Source of the DNA: Alphaproteobacteria bacterium
Lineage (GTDB): Bacteria; Pseudomonadota; Alphaproteobacteria; SP197
Assembly: GCA_965228895.1 (NCBI GenBank)
Contig: OZ245842.1
Location: 768,001 to 832,000 of the forward strand
DNA length: 64,000 nt
Direction of reading: 5' to 3'
The notes under the pieces were generated by a model. The model had not been told where the DNA came from. It made no database searches and worked only from the letters and a program-made list of their open reading frames with translations. The stretch's first letter is position 1. Each line of letters starts with the position of its first letter. The position numbers were made by a program, and so were the translations under genes. Positions 18,588 to 28,515 of this stretch are shown here, one piece after another.

Positions 18588-18656
18588 CCGGCCCACTCCC
18601 CCGCCCGACCACCCTGAGGATGCTGCCATGGGTGGTCGGGCGGGGGAGCGGGCTGG
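18588..18656. repeat. 69-nt palindromic REP-like element, copy 1
   Basis: CCGGCCCACTCCCCCGCCCGACCACCC...GGGTGGTCGGGCGGGGGAGCGGGCTGG; near-identical to the reverse complement of 43447..43515; lies between convergent tauD and lysR. Confidence 0.85.
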
Positions 18657-18685
18657 TGCCGCCGTCGCATTGGCGGCACAACCCC

Positions 18686-19567
18686 TCAGACTGCGCTTGC
18701 CCAGTCGTGGCGGTTGGCGAGGCGGGTGAACGTCTCTACCGCCGGCGTATAGCGCCGCCCGGCGACGGTCAGTAGATGCACGGTGCGCGTCACCTCCGGC
18801 TCGACCAACAGGCGGGTGGTCAGGTCGGGCATCATCGGCATGGATTCCGGCATGATAGAGCAGCCCATGCCGGCCTTGACCAGGGACTGAATCCAGTCTT
18901 CGCGCTCACTGCTATAGCGGATCTTCGGGCTGCCGCCCCAATCGCCCTCCAGGGCGTCAAAGAAACTGTCGAACTCGCAGTTCAGGCGTTCCAGGTAAGG
19001 CTCGCCAACCAGATCGGCGACAGGCACAGCGTTCATGCGGGCGAAGCGGTGATCCTTTGGCACGGCAATGACATAACGTTCCGAGAACAGGGGTGTAGCG
19101 TCGATCCGTTCGGGATACTCGGCCAGGCCCGCCACTGCGATATCGATCTCGCCGTCCATCAAGCTTGCCACGACGTCTTCGCCGGAGGCCTCGTGCAGCT
19201 TGAGATCGAGACCCGGCAGCTCGTCTTCCAACTGGCGCAAGATCGGGATCAGCCGGCGCGGGCCGATCGTGCACATGACGCCCAGCTTCAAGGGTGCCTT
19301 CTTGCGGGTGCGGAAGGCCACGGCGTCCTGGTTCGCGCGCTGTGCCGATTCAACGACCTGCTCGAGGTGCGGCTTCATCATGCGGCCGAGGTCGGTCAGG
19401 TGGGTGCGCGCGCGTTCGCGTCGGAACAGCTCGCCGCCCAGCTCGTCTTCCAGCTTCTTGATCGCTTTGGTCAGCGACGGTTGGGCGACGTGGCACTGCT
19501 CGGCCGCGCGCGTGAAGTTGAGCGTCTCGCACACCGCCAGAAAGTAGCGGGCCTGGTGCATTTCCAT
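18686..19567 (-). CDS. LysR family transcriptional regulator, OxyR-like
   Basis: N-terminal HTH (LNFTRAAEQCHVAQPSLT); Cys197 in ERLNCEF. Confidence 0.9.
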   Translation of the reverse strand: MEMHQARYFLAVCETLNFTRAAEQCHVAQPSLTKAIKKLEDELGGELFRRERARTHLTDLGRMMKPHLEQVVESAQRANQDAVAFRTRKKAPLKLGVMCTIGPRRLIPILRQLEDELPGLDLKLHEASGEDVVASLMDGEIDIAVAGLAEYPERIDATPLFSERYVIAVPKDHRFARMNAVPVADLVGEPYLERLNCEFDSFFDALEGDWGGSPKIRYSSEREDWIQSLVKAGMGCSIMPESMPMMPDLTTRLLVEPEVTRTVHLLTVAGRRYTPAVETFTRLANRHDWASAV

Positions 19568-19653
19568 GGGTGTTCTACTCCGTTGCCACCGTCCTGTCCG
19601 TTTCCCCTAGATGGCGATTTGCCGCCCCGATCGCATCACCGATAACGGCGCGA

Positions 19654-19691
19654 TCAAGCCCACGTTATGACCTTTGATAGCCCCAGGCTAT
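19654..19691. promoter_or_regulatory. Putative LysR/OxyR-type operator (ATAG-N7-CTAT, preceded by a degenerate TCAA-N7-TTAT)
   Basis: ATAGCCCCAGGCTAT at 19677..19691, in the divergent lysR/cupredoxin intergenic region. Confidence 0.55.
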
Positions 19692-19774
19692 TGAATTGAG
19701 ACCGACCCGATATTTCATCTTCCGCGGGGCCACACCGATATCCCGACCCACACACGAAGCCACTGGAGCTACCC

Positions 19775-20254
19775 ATGTCCCTGCTTTCCCGCGCCGCCCA
19801 CACGACCGCCTTTTCTGCTGGCCTGCTGCTTGCCGCCAGCGCCGGAACGGCCCAAGCCGCTGAAGATGTCACCATCATCGAACTGACCCAGACGGGCTGC
19901 CAGTTCATTGAATCCGAAGGTGGCGTCGACCACGGCTACATGCCGAACGCCAAAGCCGACTGCGAAGAGATCAACGCTCAGACCGAGGGCCAACGCATCG
20001 GTGACGACAACACGCTGCACCTGAAGCCCGGCAAGTACGTCTTCCGCATCACCAACACGGACGTTCCCTACATGCTCGGTTTCTATCTGCGCTCCGAGAG
20101 TGTCATCGATCGCCCGTTCTTGCCGTCGGTTTCCGGTGGTGGTCTGCACCAGGGCGTCACCCAAGACTATGAGATCGAGCTGGAAGAGGGCGAGTACGTC
20201 TATTCCTGCCCGCTCAACATCACGCCCGACTACAAGCTGGTCGTCGAAGGTTAA
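19775..20254 (+). CDS. Exported cupredoxin-like domain protein
   Basis: Signal peptide (AQA-AE), LKPGKYVFRITN and LEEGEYVYSCPLN cupredoxin-type strands; GGGAG SD. Confidence 0.7.
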   Translation: MSLLSRAAHTTAFSAGLLLAASAGTAQAAEDVTIIELTQTGCQFIESEGGVDHGYMPNAKADCEEINAQTEGQRIGDDNTLHLKPGKYVFRITNTDVPYMLGFYLRSESVIDRPFLPSVSGGGLHQGVTQDYEIELEEGEYVYSCPLNITPDYKLVVEG

Positions 20255-20297
20255 GCATCGGCCTCGGCAAACTCTCAACCTTGGGATCACGATAACC

Positions 20298-21725
20298 ATG
20301 TCACAGACCATTACGACGGACATCTGCGTCATCGGTGCCGGGTCAGGCGGCCTTTCGGTCGCCGCCGGTGCCAGCCAGATGGGCGCCGATGTCGTGCTGA
20401 TCGAAAAGCACAAAATGGGTGGCGACTGCCTGAACTACGGCTGCGTTCCCTCGAAATCCCTGCTGGCCGCCGGCAAGGCGGCCCAGGCAGTGCGCAAGAG
20501 CGGCCGCTTCGGCGTCAACGGTCATGAGCCCGAGGTCGACTTTGCCGCCGTGCACGACCACGTCCATGGCGTCATCAAGGCCATCGAACCGAACGATTCC
20601 GTCGACCGGTTCGAGAGCCTGGGCGTCAAGGTCATCCAGGGCGCCGGCCGGTTTACCGGTCCGCGCGAGGTCACCGTCGGCGATCAGGTGATCCGCGCCA
20701 AACGGTTTGTTATCTCGACGGGCTCGCGGGCGGTCGCGCCACCGATCCCCGGCCTTGATGATGTCCCTTACCTAACGAACGAGACGATCTTCGATCAGAC
20801 CAGCTGTCCCGAGCATCTGATCGTCATCGGCGGCGGTCCGATCGGCTGCGAGATGGCCCAAGCACATCGCCGGCTTGGCGCGCGTGTGACGGTCCTCGAG
20901 CGCAACGGCATCCTGCCGAAGGACGATCCCGATGCGGTCGACGTCGTGCGCAAGCGCCTGATCGACGAAGGCATTGACCTACGCGAAGGCGTCGGCATCG
21001 CTCGGGTCGACAAGGACGGCAACGGTATCGCCGTGACGCTGACCGATGGCGAACATGAGGAGCGCGTTACCGGCAGTCACCTGCTGGTCGCCGCCGGCCG
21101 CCAGCCCAATCTGGACGGTCTGGGTCTGGAAAAGGCCGGTGTCGACTACGAGCGTCGCGACATCAAGGTCGACGACCGTCTGCGCTCCACCAACAAACGT
21201 GTCTATGCCATCGGCGACGCGGCCGGCGGCTATCAGTTTACGCACATGGCGAGCTATCACGCCGGTATCGTCATCCGGAACATCCTGTTCCGCCTGCCGG
21301 CCAAGGTCGACACCAAGGCCGTACCCTGGGTCACCTATACCGACCCCGAACTCGCCCATGTCGGTCAGAACGAGGCAGTCGCGCGCGATCGTTTTGGCGA
21401 CAAGGTGCGTGTTGTGACCTGGGCGTTTGACGAGAACGACCGTGCCCAGGCGGAGCGCGCCACCGATGGGTTCATCAAGGTCGTGACCGACGCCAAAGGC
21501 AAAGTACTGGGCGCCACCATCGTCGGCGTGAACGCCGGCGAGCTGATTCAGCCATGGGTCCTGGCCGTCGGCCAGGGCATGAAGATCGGCGCCATGGCGT
21601 CGATGATCGCGCCCTATCCGACACTGTCGGAAGTCTCCAAACGCGCGGCGGGTGCCTGGTACACACCGCAGCTCTTTTCCGAGCGGACCCGCAAGGTCGT
21701 TCGCCTGCTACAGCGCCTGGGCTGA
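20298..21725 (+). CDS. FAD-dependent pyridine nucleotide-disulfide oxidoreductase (dihydrolipoyl dehydrogenase/MerA-like)
   Basis: GAGSGG, GGDCLNYGCVPSK, IGGGPIGCE and APYPTLSE motifs; no C-terminal CC. Confidence 0.88.
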   Translation: MSQTITTDICVIGAGSGGLSVAAGASQMGADVVLIEKHKMGGDCLNYGCVPSKSLLAAGKAAQAVRKSGRFGVNGHEPEVDFAAVHDHVHGVIKAIEPNDSVDRFESLGVKVIQGAGRFTGPREVTVGDQVIRAKRFVISTGSRAVAPPIPGLDDVPYLTNETIFDQTSCPEHLIVIGGGPIGCEMAQAHRRLGARVTVLERNGILPKDDPDAVDVVRKRLIDEGIDLREGVGIARVDKDGNGIAVTLTDGEHEERVTGSHLLVAAGRQPNLDGLGLEKAGVDYERRDIKVDDRLRSTNKRVYAIGDAAGGYQFTHMASYHAGIVIRNILFRLPAKVDTKAVPWVTYTDPELAHVGQNEAVARDRFGDKVRVVTWAFDENDRAQAERATDGFIKVVTDAKGKVLGATIVGVNAGELIQPWVLAVGQGMKIGAMASMIAPYPTLSEVSKRAAGAWYTPQLFSERTRKVVRLLQRLG

Positions 21726-21751
21726 GGCCCTGGCCAGCGGAGGAAACTGCC

Positions 21752-22501
21752 ATGACCACGTCCCATGAAACCGTCAGTCCGGTGTCTCCGGCCGCCAAGA
21801 TCGGCGGACAGGTGAAGCGCTGGTTGCCGGCCATTGTTTTGGTCGGCGCCATCGGGACCGCCTTTGCCCTGGGTCTCGACAAGTACCTGACCCTCGAAGC
21901 GTTGCGCGAGCATCGCTTTGAATTGCAGTCCTTTGTCGCCCAGAACCAGGTGGCCGCCATTGCTCTCTTTATCGCCATCTACGCGGTATCGACGGCACTC
22001 TCGCTGCCCGGCGCGACGATCCTGACCATCGCCGGCGGGTTCCTGTTCGGTATCTGGTTCGGCACCGTCTATGCCGTCATCGGTGCGACCATCGGCGCTA
22101 CCGGTGTCTTCCTCGTCGCGCGTACGGCGATCGGCCAGTCTCTGCGCGAGCGGGCGGGGCCATGGTTCTCGAAAATGGAGGATGGCTTCCGCGACAACGC
22201 TCTCAGCTACATGCTGGTCTTAAGGCTGGTGCCGCTGTTTCCGTTCTTCGTCGTCAACCTGGTGCCGGCGTTCATGGGTGTGTCGCTGCGCATCTATGTC
22301 CTCGCGACGTTGATCGGCATCATCCCGGGTGCCTGGGTCTACGCATCGGTTGGCGCCGGACTGGGCAGCATCTTTGACAGCGCCGAGGAGGTTTCCTTGG
22401 GCAGTGTCCTGACGCCTGAGCTGATCGCGGCCTTGGTTGGTCTGGCGCTTCTGTCACTCGCGCCAGTTGTCTACAAAAAGATCAAACGCAGACGCGGCTG
22501 A
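21752..22501 (+). CDS. TVP38/TMEM64 (DedA/SNARE-associated) membrane protein
   Basis: LSLPGA..LTIAGGFLFG, LRLVPLFPFFVVN and IGIIPG motifs; GGAGG SD. Confidence 0.88.
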   Translation: MTTSHETVSPVSPAAKIGGQVKRWLPAIVLVGAIGTAFALGLDKYLTLEALREHRFELQSFVAQNQVAAIALFIAIYAVSTALSLPGATILTIAGGFLFGIWFGTVYAVIGATIGATGVFLVARTAIGQSLRERAGPWFSKMEDGFRDNALSYMLVLRLVPLFPFFVVNLVPAFMGVSLRIYVLATLIGIIPGAWVYASVGAGLGSIFDSAEEVSLGSVLTPELIAALVGLALLSLAPVVYKKIKRRRG

Positions 22502-22658
22502 CTTTATTCACGATTTTCTGAGGCGGGACGGCGAATTAGCGCTGTCCCGCCTTTGATTCTGCCTTCCCTTTGTCATTATTGTTACGTACCAAGGTATCGT
22601 GACTTGGTGCCGATTTGCGCCGGTCACGATCCGTAACTCCGAGCGAAGGCGCTGTGAC

Positions 22659-23711
22659 GTGGGCAATGCGTCGAAACAGGACGTCACCCGCCGCCGGACC
22701 CTAGGCCTTTTGGCCGCTGGCGCCGGTGCTGTCCTTGCGCCGTGGTCGGGGACGGTTCTTGCCCAAGACACCACCTTCTTCCGTATCGGGACTGGCAGCA
22801 CAGGCGGCACCTACTACCCCGTCGGCTCGGTCATCGCGAACGTCATTTCCAAACCACCGGGATCGCGGGAATGCGGCAAGGGCGGCAGTTGCGGAGTGCC
22901 CGGTCTGGTCGCGGTCGCGCAGGCAACTGACGGCTCAATTTCGAACGTCGAGGCGATCAACGCCGGCACGCTCGAATCCGGCTTCTCTCAGTCCGACATC
23001 TTGTTCTGGGCCTACAACGGCAACGGCATCTTTGCCGATCAGGAGCCGCTCGCGAACTTGCGCCTGATCGCCAACCTCTATCCAGAAGTCGTGCAGATCG
23101 TCGTCAGAAAAGACGCGGGGATCTCCTCGGTTGAAGAGCTGGCCGGCAAGCGTGTGTCACTCGACGCACCGGGCTCCGGCACGTTGGCCGATGCCCGCAT
23201 CATCCTCGGTGCGTACGGGCTGTCCGAGAACGATTTCGACGCGATCTACATGCAGTCGCCGCAGGCCATGAGCCTGATGCGCGACGGCGAACTCGATGCT
23301 TTCTTTATTGTCGCGGGTGCGCCGACCGTTTCGGTGTCGCGTTTGATTGCTGACGATGTCGCGTCGTTGTTGCCGATCATCGATCAGCGCGCGATTGAGA
23401 TCGTCATCGCCTATCCGTTCTTTTCGCTGTCCGCGGTCGCCTATCCCAACACCGACATTATCCCGACCTTGAGCGTTGGCGCCCAATGGGCGGTCTCGTC
23501 GACCGTTGACGAAGAACTGGTCTATGGCATCACGAGCGCGCTGTGGAACGAACACAGCCGCGACGTGCTGGATACCGGTCACCCCGTCACCTCGGAAATC
23601 CTGTTGCGCAACGCCCTGAAAGGCGCCGGTATCCCCCTGCACCCGGGCGCGCGCCGATACTACGAGGAAATCGGCCTCGACCTCTCCCAGGTGCCCGTCA
23701 TCGCCGCCTGA
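22659..23711 (+). CDS. TAXI family TRAP transporter solute-binding subunit with Tat signal
   Basis: TRRRTLGLL twin-arginine leader, IGTGSTGGTYYPVG, LYPEVVQIV and PLHPGA motifs. Confidence 0.88.
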   Translation: MGNASKQDVTRRRTLGLLAAGAGAVLAPWSGTVLAQDTTFFRIGTGSTGGTYYPVGSVIANVISKPPGSRECGKGGSCGVPGLVAVAQATDGSISNVEAINAGTLESGFSQSDILFWAYNGNGIFADQEPLANLRLIANLYPEVVQIVVRKDAGISSVEELAGKRVSLDAPGSGTLADARIILGAYGLSENDFDAIYMQSPQAMSLMRDGELDAFFIVAGAPTVSVSRLIADDVASLLPIIDQRAIEIVIAYPFFSLSAVAYPNTDIIPTLSVGAQWAVSSTVDEELVYGITSALWNEHSRDVLDTGHPVTSEILLRNALKGAGIPLHPGARRYYEEIGLDLSQVPVIAA

Positions 23712-23722
23712 GACACCGCGAT

Positions 23723-24655
23723 CTAATAGCCGCGATCCATATCGACCAGATTGAGCAGAGGCCGGCCGTCCTGCATGCGCAGGTAGTTCTCGGCGATCTG
23801 CGGCGCACAGGTTTCGGCAATGGTGAGCGCCGCGACGTGGGGAAAGGTCAGGATCCGCGGATGGAACCAGAATGGATGGTCGGACGCCATCGGTTCTTGA
23901 ATCTGGACATCCAAGGTCGCGCCGGTGATTTGGCCGCTGTCGATCGCCGCGATCAGGTCGGGCTCGACGATATGGGCGCCGCGCGCACCGTTGACGATGA
24001 AAGCGCCGGGCTTCATCTGGGCGAAAGTCTCGGCGTTTAGAATGCCCCGGGTTTCGTCGGTCAGCGGCAGCAGGCAAACCACGATGTCGCAGTCGGCCAG
24101 GAACGCCGGTAACTGCGCCGTTCCGTGAAGACACCGAACACCCTCGATCTCCTTCGGTGACCGGCTCCAGCCGGCGACCTGATAGCCCATGGGCAGCAGG
24201 GCGCGGGCGACGCTGCCGCCCAGTTCGCCCAGGCCGAGCACGCCGACTGTGACGCCGGCCGGCGGCGCGACATCGATCTCTTCGTAGCGGCGTTCGCGGT
24301 GCAGCGCCCGATAGTCATCCCAGCGGCGATGGTGATTGAGGACGGCCATGACACACCATGCCGTCATCTGGCTGGTCATCGACGGGTCGACCAGGCGCGT
24401 CAGCGGCACACCGTCAGGCAGATGGTGGCGTTCGCCGACCAGGTGATCGACGCCGGCGCCGAGGGAGGAGATCAGCTTGAGGTTCGGAAAGGTCTTCAAC
24501 TGATCAAGCGCCACGTGCCAGATCAGCGCCATTTCGATGTCAGCGGGATCGCCGATCTCCGGGTAGAGGCGAAAGTCGACATCGGGCAGGTGCTGGCGCA
24601 TCAGGGTCTGCCAGTGCTCACCGTTTGCCCACCCGCTCATGTAGAGCATCGCCAT
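23723..24655 (-). CDS. ghrA: Glyoxylate/hydroxypyruvate reductase A (D-2-hydroxyacid dehydrogenase)
   Basis: GAGVDH, GLGELG, LLPLTDET, NGARG and FPHVAA motifs. Confidence 0.85.
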   Translation of the reverse strand: MAMLYMSGWANGEHWQTLMRQHLPDVDFRLYPEIGDPADIEMALIWHVALDQLKTFPNLKLISSLGAGVDHLVGERHHLPDGVPLTRLVDPSMTSQMTAWCVMAVLNHHRRWDDYRALHRERRYEEIDVAPPAGVTVGVLGLGELGGSVARALLPMGYQVAGWSRSPKEIEGVRCLHGTAQLPAFLADCDIVVCLLPLTDETRGILNAETFAQMKPGAFIVNGARGAHIVEPDLIAAIDSGQITGATLDVQIQEPMASDHPFWFHPRILTFPHVAALTIAETCAPQIAENYLRMQDGRPLLNLVDMDRGY

Positions 24656-24728
24656 AACCGCCACTCCCGCGTTTTCTTGGGATGCGGACTATAGCCGCCC
24701 GGAAAGAGGCGTACAGACGATTCAGCGA

Positions 24729-26351
24729 CTAGGTCGCGACGACCCCGGTTTCGGTCGCCTGCAGCTCAAAGGCGGCGGCCATCAGCGCTTTCGTGTATGC
24801 GGTTTCCGGCGCATCGAAAATGGTGTCGGCGGCGCCTTGCTCGACCACATTGCCGTCTTTGAGGACCACGACCTTGTGACTCATGGCCCGCACGACCTTG
24901 AGGTCGTGGCTGATGAAGAGATAGGCGAGCTTGTGGTCGCGCTGCAGCTTGCGCAGCAGTTCGACGATCTGGGCCTGGACCGACATGTCGAGGGCGCTGG
25001 TTGGTTCGTCCAGGACAACAAAGCGTGGCTTCAGCACCATGGCGCGGGCAATCGCGATGCGCTGGCGCTGGCCGCCGGAAAACTCGTGGGGGTAGCGGTC
25101 CATCATGGCCGGTTCCAGACCGACTTCCTCGAGCGCTTCGGCGACCAGTTGACGCCGTTCCTTTTCGTTATGGCCGAGTCCGTGAACCTTCAGACCTTCG
25201 GCGACAATGTCCTTGATCGACATGCGCGGGCTCAACGAGCCATAGGGGTCCTGAAAGACAATCTGCATCTCGCGGCGAAGGGGCCGCAACGCCCTGAAGT
25301 CGAGGCCCTGGATCTCGTCGCCGCCGAAACGGATATCGCCCTGGCTGGCAATCAGCCGCAGGATCGCCATGCCCAAGGTCGTCTTGCCCGAGCCGGACTC
25401 GCCGACCACGCCGATGGTTTCGCTTTCCTTCAGATTGATCGTGACGCCATCGACGGCCTTGATGTTGCCGACCGTGCGCCGCAGCACGCCACCCTTGATC
25501 GGGAAATAGACCTTCACGTCGTCAGCCTCGACCACCTCAGGCGACCCCTCCGGCACCGGATCGGGTCTGCCCCTTGGTTCGGATGCCAGCAGATGGCGCG
25601 TGTACTCGTGCTGGGGGTTGTTGAAAACGTCAGCCACCGGCCCGGCTTCGACGATCTGGCCTTCGTTCATGACGCAGACCCGATCGGCGAAGTGGCGCAC
25701 GATGTTGAGATCGTGGGTGATGAACAGCATCGCCATGCCGAGGCGATGCTGCAGGTCCTTCAGGAGCTTCAGGATCTGCGCCTGGATGGTGACATCAAGC
25801 GCGGTTGTCGGCTCATCGGCGATCAAGACATCGGGATCGTTGGCCAGCGCCATGGCGATCATCACGCGTTGGCGCTGGCCGCCGGAGAGCGTGTGCGGGT
25901 AGTCGCCCAGACGGTCTTTGAGGTTGGAGAGGCCGACGAGGTCGAGCAGTTCCAGGATGCGCTTGCGGGCGTCGGGCCGGTTCATGCCCTTGTGCAGCAG
26001 AAGCGCCTCGCCGATCTGCTTTTCGATCGTATGCAGCGGGTTCAGCGAGGTCATCGGCTCCTGGAAAATCATCGAGATCTGGTTGCCCCGGATCTCGCGC
26101 AATTCGCGGTCGCTGGCGCCGACCATCTGCTCGCCGTTATAGGTGATGCTGCCTTCGGGATGGCTGGCGGTCGGGTAGGGCAGAAGCTGCAGGATCGAGA
26201 GCGCCGTCACCGACTTGCCGGAGCCGGATTCGCCGACCAGCGCGACGGTCTCGCCCTTGTCGAGATCGAAGGAGACGTTGCGCACGGCGTCGATCTCGCG
26301 CTTTTCGACGCGGAAACGGGTCGTGAGATCGCGCACTTGCAAAAGGCTCAT
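24729..26351 (-). CDS. yejF: Peptide ABC transporter ATP-binding protein with two ATPase domains (YejF)
   Basis: Two Walker A motifs GESGSGK and two SGGQRQR signatures. Confidence 0.9.
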   Translation of the reverse strand: MSLLQVRDLTTRFRVEKREIDAVRNVSFDLDKGETVALVGESGSGKSVTALSILQLLPYPTASHPEGSITYNGEQMVGASDRELREIRGNQISMIFQEPMTSLNPLHTIEKQIGEALLLHKGMNRPDARKRILELLDLVGLSNLKDRLGDYPHTLSGGQRQRVMIAMALANDPDVLIADEPTTALDVTIQAQILKLLKDLQHRLGMAMLFITHDLNIVRHFADRVCVMNEGQIVEAGPVADVFNNPQHEYTRHLLASEPRGRPDPVPEGSPEVVEADDVKVYFPIKGGVLRRTVGNIKAVDGVTINLKESETIGVVGESGSGKTTLGMAILRLIASQGDIRFGGDEIQGLDFRALRPLRREMQIVFQDPYGSLSPRMSIKDIVAEGLKVHGLGHNEKERRQLVAEALEEVGLEPAMMDRYPHEFSGGQRQRIAIARAMVLKPRFVVLDEPTSALDMSVQAQIVELLRKLQRDHKLAYLFISHDLKVVRAMSHKVVVLKDGNVVEQGAADTIFDAPETAYTKALMAAAFELQATETGVVAT

Positions 26352-27382
26352 TGCGGCATTTTCCTTGGATCGAAGGCGTCGCGCACGGCTTCCCCGATGA
26401 AGATCAGCAGGCTCAGCATGATGGCGATAACGAAGAACGCGCTCAAGCCGAGCCACGGCGCCTGCAGGTTAGCACGGCCCTGGTTCAAGAGTTCACCCAG
26501 CGATGGCGAGCCCGGCGGCAGGCCGAGCCCGAGGAAGTCGAGAGAGGTCAAGGTGACGACCGAACCGTTCAGGATGAAGGGCAGGAAGGTGAGGGTCGAG
26601 ACCATCGCATTGGGCAGGGCGTGGCGAAACATGATGACGCCATCGCGCACGCCCAGCGCTCGGGCGGCACGGACATAGTCGAGGTTGCGGACGCGCAGGA
26701 ACTCCGCGCGCACCAGACCGACCAGCGCGGTCCAACTGAACAGCATCATGATCAACAGCAGCGTCCAGAACCCGGGCACGATGACGCTGGCCAGGATGAT
26801 CAGAATGTAGAGCACGGGAATGCCGGACCAGACCTCAAGCGCGCGCTGGCCCAGCAGATCGACCCAGCCGCCGCGATAGCCCTGGATCGCGCCGGCGGCG
26901 ACGCCGATGACCGACGACACCAATGTCAGTGTCAGGCCAAACAGCACCGAAATGCGGAAGCCGTAGATCAGGCGGGCGACGACATCGCGCCCCTGGTCGT
27001 CGGTGCCCAGCCAGTTCTCTGCCGTCGGCGGGCTGGGTGCAGGCGAGGGAAGGTCGTAGTTGATGGTGTTGTAGCTGTAGGGCACCAGTGGCCAGACCAT
27101 CCAGCCCTTCTCGTTGATCAGGTCTTCGACAAAGGGATCGCGGTAGTCGGCTTCGGTCTCAAAATCGCCGTCGAACGTCGTCTCGGGATAGGCGTTGATG
27201 ATCGGCAGATAGATGCCGCCATCATACCAGATCAGGAGCGGCTTATCGTTGGCGACAAACTCGGCCGGCAACGCAATGAAAAACAGCACCAGGAAGATCC
27301 AGAATGACCAGTAGCCGCGCTTGTTGGCGCGGAATTGCTGCATGCGCCGCTGGTTGAGGGGATCGAGTTTGACCAGCGCCAT
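26348..27382 (-). CDS. yejE: Peptide ABC transporter permease YejE
   Basis: FRANKRGYWS, ANDKPL, GTDDQGRDV and ALPNAM motifs. Confidence 0.9.
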   Translation of the reverse strand: MALVKLDPLNQRRMQQFRANKRGYWSFWIFLVLFFIALPAEFVANDKPLLIWYDGGIYLPIINAYPETTFDGDFETEADYRDPFVEDLINEKGWMVWPLVPYSYNTINYDLPSPAPSPPTAENWLGTDDQGRDVVARLIYGFRISVLFGLTLTLVSSVIGVAAGAIQGYRGGWVDLLGQRALEVWSGIPVLYILIILASVIVPGFWTLLLIMMLFSWTALVGLVRAEFLRVRNLDYVRAARALGVRDGVIMFRHALPNAMVSTLTFLPFILNGSVVTLTSLDFLGLGLPPGSPSLGELLNQGRANLQAPWLGLSAFFVIAIMLSLLIFIGEAVRDAFDPRKMPQ

Positions 27383-27383
27383 G

Positions 27384-28490
27384 TCAGCCGACATCCCGGC
27401 TTTCGAAGTCGATGCGTGGATCGATGACGACATACATCAAGTCGCCGACAAGGTTCATGACCAGCCCCAGAAGCGTGAACATGTAGAGCGTGGCGAACAT
27501 GACGGGGTAGTCGCGGTTGATCGCGGCCTCGTAACCGAGCAGGCCGAGGCCATCGAGCGAGAAAATGATCTCGATCAGCAGCGCACCGGTGAAGAGGATG
27601 CCGATGATGGCGCCGGGAAAACCGGCGATGACAATCAGCATGCCGTTGCGGAAGACATGGCGGTAGAGCACCTGGCGTTCGGTCAGACCCTTCGCGCGCG
27701 CCGTCACCACGTACTGACTCTTGATCTGATCCAGGAACGAGTTCTTGGTCAGCATGGTCAGCGTCGCGAAGCTGCCGATAATGAGCGCTGTCAAGGGCAG
27801 CACGAGATGCCAGAAGTAGTCGAGGATCTGGTTGATCAGCGACATATCCTCCCATCCGGGCGACGTCAGGCCGCGCAACGGGAACCACTTGAAATAGGAG
27901 CCGCCGGCAAAGACGACGATCAGCAGAATGGCGAACAGGAAGCTGGGGATCGCGTAACCCAGGATGATTGCGCCGCTGGACCACACATCGAACTTGCTGC
28001 CGTCGCGCACGGCTTTTGTTATGCCAAGCGGGATCGAGACGAGGTAGACGATGATGGTGGTCCACAGCCCCAGCGAGATCGATACCGGGAGCTTGTCGAT
28101 CAAGAGGTCGATGACGCTGCGGTCACGAAAGGCGCTGTTGCCGAATTCGAACGTCAGGTAGTTCCCCATCATCAGGAAGAACCGTTCGACCGGCGGTTTG
28201 TCGAGACCGTACTGCTTTTCCAGTTCGGCGACGAAAGCGGGGTCGAGACCCTGGGCACCGCGATAGACGTTGTCGCCGCCGGCCCCTGTCGACGATCCGG
28301 TGTTGCTGGCGACTTCACCGCCGGCGCCGGAGAAGCGCGCCGTCGCATCGACGCCGGTTCCCTGCAGCTCGGCGATCAATCGCTCGACCGGACCGCCAGG
28401 CACGAACTGCACGATAACAAAGTTCACCACCATGATGGCGAACAGCGTCGGTATGATCAGCAGCAGGCGCCGAACGATGTAGGCCAGCAT
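27384..28490 (-). CDS. yejB: Peptide ABC transporter permease YejB
   Basis: [27 protein letters not shown] and DPRIDF motifs. Confidence 0.9.
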   Translation of the reverse strand: MLAYIVRRLLLIIPTLFAIMVVNFVIVQFVPGGPVERLIAELQGTGVDATARFSGAGGEVASNTGSSTGAGGDNVYRGAQGLDPAFVAELEKQYGLDKPPVERFFLMMGNYLTFEFGNSAFRDRSVIDLLIDKLPVSISLGLWTTIIVYLVSIPLGITKAVRDGSKFDVWSSGAIILGYAIPSFLFAILLIVVFAGGSYFKWFPLRGLTSPGWEDMSLINQILDYFWHLVLPLTALIIGSFATLTMLTKNSFLDQIKSQYVVTARAKGLTERQVLYRHVFRNGMLIVIAGFPGAIIGILFTGALLIEIIFSLDGLGLLGYEAAINRDYPVMFATLYMFTLLGLVMNLVGDLMYVVIDPRIDFESRDVG

Positions 28491-28515
28491 GGCGGTGCCC
28501 CGGTCTCCTGACCGC

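Noticed and set aside
20298-21725. Mercuric reductase merA
   Set aside because: No C-terminal Cys-Cys pair, no NmerA domain and no merR, merT or merP nearby.
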